The notes below the pieces were generated by a model. That model searched no databases. It saw only the letters and a program-made list of their open reading frames with translations, and was not told the DNA's origin. A program made the position numbers and the translations under genes. A stretch of DNA of 64,000 bases from an uncultured Bifidobacteriaceae bacterium (GTDB lineage Bacteria > Actinomycetota > Acidimicrobiia > IMCC26256 > PALSA-555), in assembly GCA_964501785.1 (NCBI GenBank), contig CAZCUD010000004.1, forward strand, positions 111,652-175,651. The letters are read 5' to 3'. This document shows, in pieces, positions 1 to 7,483 of the stretch (positions within the stretch are counted from its first letter, which is position 1; every line of letters starts with the position of its first letter).

Positions 1-896
1 CGGAGCGTCAGGTGATCCTCGAGGAGATCCGGATGCGCGACGACGCGCCGGAGGATCTCGTCCACGACGTGTTCGCGGAGGCGATCTTCCCGTCGCACCC
101 GATCGGGCGTGAGGTGATCGGCACGCCGGGCACGATCGAAGCGATGACGCCCGCGCAGATCGGCGACTTCCACCGGGCCCACTACCACCCGAGCAACGTC
201 GTCGTCGCGGCCGCCGGCAACCTCGAGCACGAGCGAGTCGTCGACCTGGTCGAACGAGGGCTCCCGTCGACGTTCGGCGCCCGGCCTCCCCGCGACGCCT
301 GGCCCGGGAAGCCGGCACCGCGATCCGTCGCGGTGCTGGAGCGCGACACGGAGCAGGCCCACGTCGTGCTCGGGATGCGCGCGCTGCGCACCGACGACCC
401 CGACCGATACGCGCTCGGCGTCATGAACCAGGCGTTGGGCGGGGGGATGTCGTCGCGACTGTTCCAGGAGGTGCGCGAGAAGCGCGGGCTCGCGTACTCC
501 GTGTACTCCTACCGCGCGGCCTACGAGGAGACCGGCGCGCTGGCGGTGGCTGCGGGGACGAGCCCCGAACGGCTCGACGAGCTGCTCGGCGTCGTCGACC
601 ACGAGCTGAGCCGGCTGGTCGCCGACGGCGGGATCTCCGACGGCGAGCTCGATGCCGCCAAGGGCCACCTCACGGGGTCGCTGGCGCTCTCGCTCGAGAG
701 CTCGAGCTCGCGGATGCACCGGCTGGGGCGCAGCGAGCTGACCATGGGCGAGATCCCCTCGCTGGACGAGCTCGTCGCCGAGGTCGTCCGGGTCGACGCG
801 ACGGACGTTCGGCGGGTGGTCGAGCGGGTGATGGCAACGGACGAGCGGACCCTGGCCGTCGTCGGGCCGATCGACGAGACCGCGATCGGCTCGTGA
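1..896 (+). CDS. M16 (pitrilysin/insulinase) family zinc peptidase, C-terminal part; 5' end lies outside the window
   Basis: ORF 12..896 is open to the window edge. The sequence is typical of the M16 inactive/C-terminal domain (AHYHPSNVVVAAAGN, MSSRLFQEVREKRGLAYSVYS). Its position upstream of dapB matches actinobacterial synteny. Confidence 0.8.
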   Translation, partial: ERQVILEEIRMRDDAPEDLVHDVFAEAIFPSHPIGREVIGTPGTIEAMTPAQIGDFHRAHYHPSNVVVAAAGNLEHERVVDLVERGLPSTFGARPPRDAWPGKPAPRSVAVLERDTEQAHVVLGMRALRTDDPDRYALGVMNQALGGGMSSRLFQEVREKRGLAYSVYSYRAAYEETGALAVAAGTSPERLDELLGVVDHELSRLVADGGISDGELDAAKGHLTGSLALSLESSSSRMHRLGRSELTMGEIPSLDELVAEVVRVDATDVRRVVERVMATDERTLAVVGPIDETAIGS

Positions 897-912
897 CGGT
901 TACCGTGGGCGA

Positions 913-1704
913 ATGATCCGCGTCGGCGTGTTCGGCGCCGGTGGGCGCATGGGCTCCACCGTGTGCGCGGCGGTGGCCGGGGACCCCGAACTCGAGCTGG
1001 TCGCCGCGGTCGATCCGTTCCACGGCGGGATCGATCTGCGTCAGCTCGGCGTCCCCGACACGGGGCTCCAGGTCGCCCGGGCGGCCGAGGCGATGCTCGA
1101 CGCGGGGGCCGACGTGGCGGTCGACTTCACCGTCCTCGACGCGGCCCGCGACAACCTCTACTGGTGCGCCGACAACGGCCTCCACGCCGTGGTCGGGACC
1201 ACCGGGTTCAGCGACCACGACCTCGCCGACTTCGGGAGCCGCTTCGACGTCAGCCCCGCCAACGCGCTGATCGCGCCCAACTTCGCGATCGGCGCCGTGC
1301 TCATGATGCGCTTCGCCGAGCTGGCCGCGCCGTACTTCGAGACGGCGGAGGTGATCGAGCTGCACCACGACGAGAAGGTCGACGCGCCGTCGGGGACCGC
1401 CATGCTGACCGCGGCCCGCATGGCTGCCGCCTCGCCCGACTGGGCGCCCGACCCGACCGAGAAGGTGGTGACCGAGGGGGCACGCGGGGGAGAGGGGCCG
1501 GGCGGGATCCGCGTGCACTCGGTCCGCCTCCGGGGGCTCGTCGCACACCAGGAGGTCGTGCTCGGCACGACCGGGCAGTCGTTGACCGTGCGCCACGACT
1601 CGTACGACCGCACGTCGTTCATGCCGGGCGTGCTGCTCGCGATCCGCAAGGTGCGTGAGCACCCCGGGCTGACGGTGGGGCTCGACGCGTACCTGACGGG
1701 GTGA
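913..1704 (+). CDS. dapB: 4-hydroxy-tetrahydrodipicolinate reductase
   Basis: ATG at 913. The N-terminal Rossmann motif is MIRVGVFGAGGRMG, and the HHDEKVDAPSGTA motif is characteristic of DapB. 263 aa. Confidence 0.9.
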   Translation: MIRVGVFGAGGRMGSTVCAAVAGDPELELVAAVDPFHGGIDLRQLGVPDTGLQVARAAEAMLDAGADVAVDFTVLDAARDNLYWCADNGLHAVVGTTGFSDHDLADFGSRFDVSPANALIAPNFAIGAVLMMRFAELAAPYFETAEVIELHHDEKVDAPSGTAMLTAARMAAASPDWAPDPTEKVVTEGARGGEGPGGIRVHSVRLRGLVAHQEVVLGTTGQSLTVRHDSYDRTSFMPGVLLAIRKVREHPGLTVGLDAYLTG

Positions 1705-2294
1705 ACGCACCGGCCCCGGCGTCCGAGGAGTCGCGCGGGCGCGTCTACGCAGGCGCCTACGAGTGCGTGGGGCGGTTCGGCCTCGCCAAGACCACCGTCG
1801 ACGACGTCGCCCGGGCATCGGGGGTGTCCCGGGCGACGATCTACCGGATGTTCCCCGGCGGTCGCGACCAGCTCCTGCGCGAGACCGTCGGGTGGGAGAT
1901 GAACCGCTTCTTCGCCCGCCTCGCAGAAGCGGTCGCGGATGCCGACGACCTCGAGACGCGGCTCGAGCGCGGCCTCGCGTTCGCGCACCGGTCGGTCGTC
2001 GAGCACGAAGTGCTGCAGAAGGTCCTCACCACCGAGCCCGAGGCACTGCTCGCGCTGATGACCGTCGAGCAGCACCGGGTGCTGCGCTACATCGTCGACT
2101 ACCTGCGTCCCCTGCTCGACGCCGAGCGCGACGCGGGTCGCCTCCGCCCCGACGTCGACCCCGACCTCGCGGCCGACTACGTCGCGCGGATGCTGCTGTC
2201 GCTCATCGGGACTCCGGGACGCTGGGATCTCGACGATCCCGAAGCCGTACGTCGGCTGGTGCGAACCGAGCTGCTCGGGCCCCTCACCCGCTGA
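1701..2294 (+). CDS. TetR family transcriptional regulator
   Basis: The GTG start overlaps the dapB stop (GTGA). The HTH segment is GLAKTTVDDVARASGVSRATIYRMFPGG. Confidence 0.85.
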   Translation: MNAPAPASEESRGRVYAGAYECVGRFGLAKTTVDDVARASGVSRATIYRMFPGGRDQLLRETVGWEMNRFFARLAEAVADADDLETRLERGLAFAHRSVVEHEVLQKVLTTEPEALLALMTVEQHRVLRYIVDYLRPLLDAERDAGRLRPDVDPDLAADYVARMLLSLIGTPGRWDLDDPEAVRRLVRTELLGPLTR

Positions 2295-2359
2295 TCGGAT
2301 CCCGCGCACCGACCGGGCGACCCGTGCGCATCGGCGCGGACCGCTAGTGTCCCCCGGCC

Positions 2360-2938
2360 ATGGGAACGCGTCGCGCGCTGCTGCTCACCGTCGTGATCGG
2401 CGGACTCGCGGTGCTCGGCGTGGCCTGTGGCGGAGGTGACGACGACTCGGGCACGACCCAGAAGCGGCCGAGTGGCCCGGCCTTCGACGTCGAGGATCCG
2501 TGCACGCTCCTGAGCGCGTCGCAGGTGGAGAAGGTGTTCGGCGAGCCCGTGACCGTCGATGCCACCAACAACGCGAGCCCGCTGACGACCGACTGCGCCT
2601 ACGTGGTCGGGGATCCGGCCGCCCCGACCGGGCGCCTGGTGGCGAACGTCGTCTTCCCCGCCTTCGGGGCGGGGGAGGGCGCCGACGCCCTCAGCGTCGT
2701 CGAGAGCGACCGGGCGCTGGCGCAGATCGCCGGTGAGGGGGTGTTCGACCTGGGCCTCGGGGTGCCGGGCTTCCTCGAGAGCCGACGCTCGTTCGTCGAG
2801 TTCTTCGTGCGCCCCAAGCTCGCCGTCTCGCTCCAGTGGTACCCGACCGGTGGCGCCCCCGAAGGCACCCCGGTGACCGAAGAGGTCGAGGCCGATCTCA
2901 CGGCCCTCGCCACCCACATCACCAGCCGCCTCGGCTGA
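2360..2938 (+). CDS. putative secreted protein or lipoprotein (unknown function)
   Basis: ATG at 2360. The N-terminal hydrophobic signal ends in a lipobox-like LGVACGGG. No catalytic motif was recognised. Confidence 0.6.
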   Translation: MGTRRALLLTVVIGGLAVLGVACGGGDDDSGTTQKRPSGPAFDVEDPCTLLSASQVEKVFGEPVTVDATNNASPLTTDCAYVVGDPAAPTGRLVANVVFPAFGAGEGADALSVVESDRALAQIAGEGVFDLGLGVPGFLESRRSFVEFFVRPKLAVSLQWYPTGGAPEGTPVTEEVEADLTALATHITSRLG

Positions 2939-2967
2939 GGCCTCCCCCGTTCGGGCGGAGGCCGTTT
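2939..2967 (+). terminator. stem-loop after the 2360..2938 gene
   Basis: GGCCTCC..(CCCG TT CGGG)..GGAGGCC is followed by GTTT and starts 1 nt after the stop codon. Confidence 0.55.
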
Positions 2968-2983
2968 GAGTAAGCGCTACTCA
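2967..2983. promoter_or_regulatory. inverted repeat TGAGTA-N5-TACTCA (HAIR-like TTGAGT-N7-ACTCA), candidate operator
   Basis: The sequence is TGAGTAAGCGCTACTCA, 75 bp upstream of the ATG at 3058. Nearly identical arms recur at 8617..8635. Confidence 0.35.
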
Positions 2984-3057
2984 TGCCCGCACGTCCTCTC
3001 CTCGTCAGACTCCGACCAGCAGACGAGCCGGAGCATCGCGACCAGGAGGACCCGCAC

Positions 3058-3498
3058 ATGGGCATGTTCAAGGACCTGAAGAAGCTCTCCGACCAGGGCA
3101 AGGAGATGGGGAAGAAGTCGGGTCGGCCGACCTCCATGATGGGGATGATCAAGGACACCCCCAACATGATCAGCCAGGCCACCGCCGCGGTCGACGACGC
3201 CATGGCGCTGCAGGAGGACATGCAGGCCCAGCAGGCGCTGCTCCAGACCGGGACCCCGGCCGCGGGCACCATCAAGAGCTTCCAGGACACCGGCACGCTC
3301 GTGAACTTCAACCCGCAGGTCGTCATCGAGCTCGATGTCGAGGCCGACGGCCAGGCGCCGTACTCGGTGCAGACGTCGACGGCGGTGCCCCAGACGATGC
3401 TCGCCCAGCTCACCCCGGGCAACCGGCTCGCGATCCGGGTCGACCCGAGCAACCCCCAGAACATCGTCATCGACTGGGCTCGCTTCGGCCAGGTCTGA
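3058..3498 (+). CDS. hypothetical protein (146 aa)
   Basis: The ATG at 3058 is preceded by AGGAGGA (3044-3050). This start is preferred over the ORF-track start at 2983. The N-terminus is Lys/Met/Gln-rich (MGMFKDLKKLSDQGKEMGKK). No recognised domain. Confidence 0.6.
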   Translation: MGMFKDLKKLSDQGKEMGKKSGRPTSMMGMIKDTPNMISQATAAVDDAMALQEDMQAQQALLQTGTPAAGTIKSFQDTGTLVNFNPQVVIELDVEADGQAPYSVQTSTAVPQTMLAQLTPGNRLAIRVDPSNPQNIVIDWARFGQV

Positions 3499-3527
3499 AC
3501 CGGCCGCGCACCACACGGACGACGCGA

Positions 3528-3553
3528 CGGGCGGCCCCGGTCGGGGCCGCCCG
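3528..3553 (+). terminator. strong GC hairpin
   Basis: CGGGCGGCCCC-GGTC-GGGGCCGCCCG forms a perfect 11-bp stem, 30 nt after the stop at 3498. Confidence 0.6.
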
Positions 3554-3644
3554 GGCGCGACAGGGGTTCGTCGCGAGTCCCCGCGCGTGGCGCGAGGACG
3601 GTTATCGTGACGCCCGTTCGGCGGGCCTTCGAAGGGGCGGAGCA

Positions 3645-4907
3645 GTGATGCGGCAGGGGCGGATGCGGCGACTCGGTGCGGCCGTCGCGGGCGCGATCCT
3701 CGTGGGCGCGGCCGGCATGGTGGTCATGAGCGCGCCCGCGGGCGCAGTCACGGTCTCCACCGAGGCCGAGCTCGACGCGGCCTGGGCCGACGGAGGGGTC
3801 ACCGAGATCTCCCTCGCGAACGACATCACCCTCACCTGCGGCGGAGCGGGCGAGCTCGACCGCTCGGCCGCGACGGGTGTCACCGTGCTCGGCAACGGCT
3901 TCACGATCACCCAGACCTGCGCGTTCTCCCGGGTCATGGACAAGGACGTCGGCGGCGGCGTCATCACCCTCGACGACGTCACCATCACGGGCGGCAACAC
4001 GACCGGCGACGGCGCCGGCATCCGGGCGCTGGGCACCGACCTCGTCATCGTCGACTCGACGATCACCGGCAACACGACGACCGCCGGCGACGGTGGCGCC
4101 GCGTTCGTCGGTGGTCCGGTCACGGTCACGAGCTCGACGATCAGCGACAACCATGCGCCCGCAGGTCAGGGCGGCGGGGTCTGGACGAGCAGCGACCTCG
4201 ACATCACCGACTCGACCTTCACGCAGAACACGGCCGCCGGGGAAGCCTTCTCCTTTGGCGGCGGCGCCTTCGCCAGCGGCACCGTCACCGTGACCGGCTC
4301 GACGTTCGACCAGAACTCGGCGGTCGGCGGCGGTGCGATCCAGGGTGGTAGCGCAATCATCGTCAACTCCACGATCACCGGGAACACCGCGACGAGCGTC
4401 GACCCGGCGTTCAGCGGTGGCGCGATCCGCACCAATGACGACACTTCGCTCGTGTACGCCACCATCGTCGGCAACACGGCTGCGGACGCCGCCAACCTCC
4501 AGGTCAACGCAGCGCTCACCTCGTTCGGGTCCGTCGTCGCCGAGCCGCTCGGCGGCGGTGTCAACTGCGTCGCCGACAGCGCGACGTCCAACGGCTACAA
4601 CTTCTCCGACGACGCGACCTGCGGCTTCACCGGCACCGGTGACCGTGAGGACGCGGGTGATCCCGACGTCCGAGCGCTCGCCGACAACGGTGGACCGACG
4701 CAGACGATGCTGCCCGCAGCGGCGAGCCCGCTGCTCGACTTCATCCCCGCGGCGAGCTGCCAGGACGACGGCGCGAGCGGGGTCACCACCGACCAGCGCG
4801 GCGTCACCCGTCCGCAAGGCGGTTCGTGTGACGTCGGCGCGGTCGAGGTCGAGGTCCCGGTGCCGCCGGCGCCGTTCATCGTGCTCGAGCCGACCTTCAC
4901 CGGCTGA
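3645..4907 (+). CDS. secreted right-handed beta-helix repeat protein (PMP-type GGA[I/F] / FxxN repeats, 'choice-of-anchor Q'-like C-terminus)
   Basis: The signal peptide is ...VVMSAPAGA. It has repeated ITGNT/STISDN/FTQN/FDQN and GGAI/GGAF motifs. The C-terminal DQRGVTRPQGGSCDVGAVEV is typical of this family. Confidence 0.75.
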   Translation: MMRQGRMRRLGAAVAGAILVGAAGMVVMSAPAGAVTVSTEAELDAAWADGGVTEISLANDITLTCGGAGELDRSAATGVTVLGNGFTITQTCAFSRVMDKDVGGGVITLDDVTITGGNTTGDGAGIRALGTDLVIVDSTITGNTTTAGDGGAAFVGGPVTVTSSTISDNHAPAGQGGGVWTSSDLDITDSTFTQNTAAGEAFSFGGGAFASGTVTVTGSTFDQNSAVGGGAIQGGSAIIVNSTITGNTATSVDPAFSGGAIRTNDDTSLVYATIVGNTAADAANLQVNAALTSFGSVVAEPLGGGVNCVADSATSNGYNFSDDATCGFTGTGDREDAGDPDVRALADNGGPTQTMLPAAASPLLDFIPAASCQDDGASGVTTDQRGVTRPQGGSCDVGAVEVEVPVPPAPFIVLEPTFTG

Positions 4908-5075
4908 GCCGCACCCGCCCGCGAGATCTCGCCGGTCCGACCGGAGCACCGGGCCTTCGTCGCGCGCCCCGGTCCGGGTCTCCCAGGTCCGACTCCGCCA
5001 CCCGTCGTGTGTGCGACCCGCACCTGCGACACGATGTGGCCGTTGACAAACAAGGGGTCTTGATCCTGGATCGTG

Positions 5076-5093
5076 GCTAGGCCTTTGCCTAGC
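5076..5093 (-). terminator. hairpin downstream of the tRNA
   Basis: GCTAGGC-CTTT-GCCTAGC forms a perfect 7-bp stem about 20 nt beyond the tRNA 3' end on the minus strand. Confidence 0.4.
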
Positions 5094-5113
5094 AGTGGTC
5101 CATACTTGGACGG

Positions 5114-5195
5114 TCCCCCTGGCGGGATTCGAACCCGCATTCCTGCCGGAACCGCCTTCCAAAGGCGGCGCGTATTCCAGTTCCGCCACAGGGGG
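5114..5195 (-). tRNA. class II tRNA (13-nt variable arm) with anticodon UGG (Pro); Leu-like D-arm, Pro-like acceptor (C1:G72, A73); CCA not encoded
   Basis: Manual fold of the minus strand:
- acceptor CCCCCTG/CAGGGGG, 7 Watson-Crick (WC) pairs
- U8 G9
- D-arm GCGG-AACTGGAATA-CGC
- G26
- anticodon stem CCGCC/GGCGG with loop TTTGGAA
- V-arm TTCC-GGCA-GGAA-T
- T-arm GCGGG-TTCGAAT-CCCGC
- discriminator A. Confidence 0.8.
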
Positions 5196-5522
5196 GTCGA
5201 GCGAGGGGTGACGGCCGGCCGCTGGCACGGCCGACCGCCATGCCCTCATGGGTTACCGATCAGCTACGGGGGAGGCATCGCCTTCTCCTTTCGGTAGCGC
5301 AGGGGTCGGGGTGGTGGTGGTTGGCTTGCAAGGCCTCCACCACCCCTTCCCCCAAGAGATGTCAAAACCTCCGGACCACACGGCCAGCCAAGCGATCCAG
5401 TCCCGTCCGTATGTCTTCCAGGGACCTTCACGCCCGGTTCAGGCAGCGGGCACGGAGGTTCGGAGTGAAGACTACATCAGTGTGATTCGGCTGCGCGGGG
5501 ACTGTTCTGGCACAGCCGCGTT

Positions 5523-5546
5523 GTGGATTGATAGGTGGATTGATAG
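5523..5546. repeat. perfect tandem 12-mer GTGGATTGATAG x2
   Basis: Read directly at 5523-5534 and 5535-5546, preceded by TT. It lies in the AT-richer non-coding stretch. Confidence 0.9.
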
Positions 5547-5734
5547 AGGGATTTCGCTGTCCCTACCCGACGGGCGAGAAGCAGCACGACCCACTCCGGG
5601 AGGAGCGGGATGAGCGCACGAAGATCGAGCTCACCGCCGGCAGAGGCGCTGAAGGCTCTGGTCGGGGCGCTGCTGGACGATGGCGACACTTCCGGCCCCA
5701 AGGGACGGCGGAACTCGTCGCCGCCTTATTGCGG

Positions 5735-6394
5735 CTACCCTTGTTGGATCGGATTTCCCGTAGAAGGGACTGATTGAGATGGCACGTCCGATTGACCCCT
5801 GACGGGGGCGGTTTCTGACCCCCGAACCGTCGCAGCCGCCGACTCGGCGGCTGCGTCCGCGTCGGCCATCCGTTGGGCTAGGCGTTCGAAGTTCTCGTAG
5901 ACCACTCGGGTCCCCTGCTTGTATCGCAGGTACTCAACGGCCAGTTCCCACCGTTCCCACGATTTCACGATGACCCCACCTAGGGACTCGTGAAGTGATG
6001 CGAAGTCGATTGCGCCCTGCGCTTCCATGATGGCGATGTCCTCGAGGAAGTTGGGTTCGCGCATCATTTGGAAGTAGGCGAGCTTCCGCTTCTTTCGCAG
6101 GCGCTTTACCGTCTTGTAGACGCCCTTCGGCGTGCGAAGTGCGGATGACACGCGGCGCGACGCGATCATCACATCCTCATCCCACCGCCGAGAGATGTCA
6201 GCGAGTAGCTGCGCGTTGCGAGATCGTTGGGCTTCAATCAGTTGCTGCTTCGCGTTTTCGATCTGCACCTTCGCCTGAATAATCTGCTGGCGAGTAAACA
6301 CGACGGCGACGGCGGCAGCGATCAGGCCTAGGGCCCCGATCCCGGATGCAACAGCGGTGACGGTTTCTTGCCACGAGGCGAGCACCGGACTCAA
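5735..6394 (-). CDS. hypothetical membrane-anchored coiled-coil protein (219 aa); possible IS passenger gene
   Basis: The TTG start overlaps the stop of the transposase fragment (TTGA). It has one N-terminal TM helix (VASGIGALGLIAAAVAVVFT) followed by a Gln/Lys-rich helical region. Codon usage is visibly AT-richer than its neighbours. Confidence 0.55.
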   Translation of the reverse strand: MSPVLASWQETVTAVASGIGALGLIAAAVAVVFTRQQIIQAKVQIENAKQQLIEAQRSRNAQLLADISRRWDEDVMIASRRVSSALRTPKGVYKTVKRLRKKRKLAYFQMMREPNFLEDIAIMEAQGAIDFASLHESLGGVIVKSWERWELAVEYLRYKQGTRVVYENFERLAQRMADADAAAESAAATVRGSETAPVRGQSDVPSQSVPSTGNPIQQG

Positions 6395-6732
6395 GACTCC
6401 CCGCCCCCTTCAGTGCGCCGACGCTTGGTGCGTGGCTGACGGTACATGAGCCGCTCGCCGTGCATCTGGCCCATCAAGCGGGCCATGCGCTGACTGTTCC
6501 TCATCTTCCGTGTCGTGTACCGGAAGTCGCATTCGGCCAGGTAGCGATGTAGGTGCCGGTGGCTGACCGCGTGGTAGGTCCATCGATTGACCGCTTCAGT
6601 TGCGAGACGATTCTTTCGACCTGATTCGTTGAGATCTCGTCGCGGGCGTACTCGCCTCCGGAGTGCCACACGGTGTCGTGCTGGGGGGACTGCTTCCCGA
6701 TCCAGCTGTAAACCCACGTGCTCATCGGTCAT
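6391..6732 (-). pseudogene. IS1595-family (ISXO2-like) transposase, C-terminal fragment, frameshifted and 5'-truncated
   Basis: Two overlapping minus-strand frames together give the family's C-terminal signature. One frame reads HDTVWHSGGEYARDEISTNQVERIVSQLKRSIDG. The other reads TYHAVSHRHLHRYLAECDFRYTTRKM..GERLMYRQ. No N-terminal Zn-ribbon or DDE part is present. Confidence 0.6.
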
Positions 6733-6793
6733 GAGCCGCGAACCCTGGTAGTGGACCTCGCAGTGAATCGCGTGACGTGCGACACATTGACGG

Positions 6794-6820
6794 TGAGACG
6801 ATCTCGGTCGTATCGTCTCA
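6794..6820. promoter_or_regulatory. inverted repeat TGAGACGAT-N9-ATCGTCTCA, candidate TetR operator
   Basis: Perfect 9-bp arms end 4 nt before the TetR ATG at 6825. Confidence 0.3.
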
Positions 6821-6824
6821 GGTG

Positions 6825-7472
6825 ATGACGCTCGTCACCGAGCCCACCCCGGAGCAGGCCGTCGGATCGATCGCGGCCCCGGGGGTCGAGGAGCGGGTGA
6901 TCGAAGCCACGTTGGCCTGCATCGCCCGGCACGGGCTGTCGAAGACGACGATCGACGACGTCGCCCGCCAGGCCGGCTGCTCCCGGGCGACGCTGTACCG
7001 CTACTTCACCAACAAGCGCGACCTGGTCGAGCGCGTGCTCGCGCGCGAGGTCGACCGGGTGACGGGCGACCTGCTCGCGGCGGCCGCCGCCGAAGCCACG
7101 CTCGAGGACGCGGTCACCGCGATGTACGTCACTGCGGGCCGCGAGCTGGCTTCCAACGACGCGCTTCGATTCGTCGCCGACTTCGAGCCCGAGAAGCTCC
7201 TCCCGCACCTCACCTTCGCGGGTGGCGACGGGTTCCTCCGTGACGCGTCGATCGCGCTGGCGCCCGCGCTCGAGCCCTACCTCGGCGACGGTGCACGACG
7301 CGCCGCCGAGTGGATCGCGCGTCTGGGCCTCGTGCTCTGGTTCTCGCCGACCGCCCCGGTCGCGATGTCCGACGAGGCCGCGATGCGCGCGTACGTCCAC
7401 GAGCTCGTCGTGCCGGCGATCCGTCCGGCACCCGAGGACTCCGTCTCCGTCCAGCCGCACTCCACCCAATAG
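6825..7472 (+). CDS. TetR family transcriptional regulator
   Basis: The ATG at 6825 is preferred (the ORF track starts at GTG 6777). The HTH is GLSKTTIDDVARQAGCSRATLYRYFTNK. Confidence 0.85.
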   Translation: MTLVTEPTPEQAVGSIAAPGVEERVIEATLACIARHGLSKTTIDDVARQAGCSRATLYRYFTNKRDLVERVLAREVDRVTGDLLAAAAAEATLEDAVTAMYVTAGRELASNDALRFVADFEPEKLLPHLTFAGGDGFLRDASIALAPALEPYLGDGARRAAEWIARLGLVLWFSPTAPVAMSDEAAMRAYVHELVVPAIRPAPEDSVSVQPHSTQ

Positions 7473-7483
7473 GGGGGTCCCCC

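Noticed and set aside
5308-5346. The hairpin GGGGTGGTGG…CTTGCAAG…CCACCACCCC as a rifamycin-associated element or other known operator.
   Set aside because: The resemblance (a CTTGC/GCAAG core) rests on my uncertain memory of the RAE consensus. No resistance gene is adjacent. It is noted only as a structure within the insert.
5196-5734. A possible large structured RNA (RNase P RNA, tmRNA, 6S RNA or a group II intron remnant) in the ORF-poor stretch next to the tRNA.
   Set aside because: I could not find any hallmark on either strand. I looked for GGAAAGUCCGG / ACAGAACCCGGCUUA of RNase P, a tRNA-like tmRNA terminus, and a group II domain V. The stretch is left as uncharacterised non-coding DNA of the insert.
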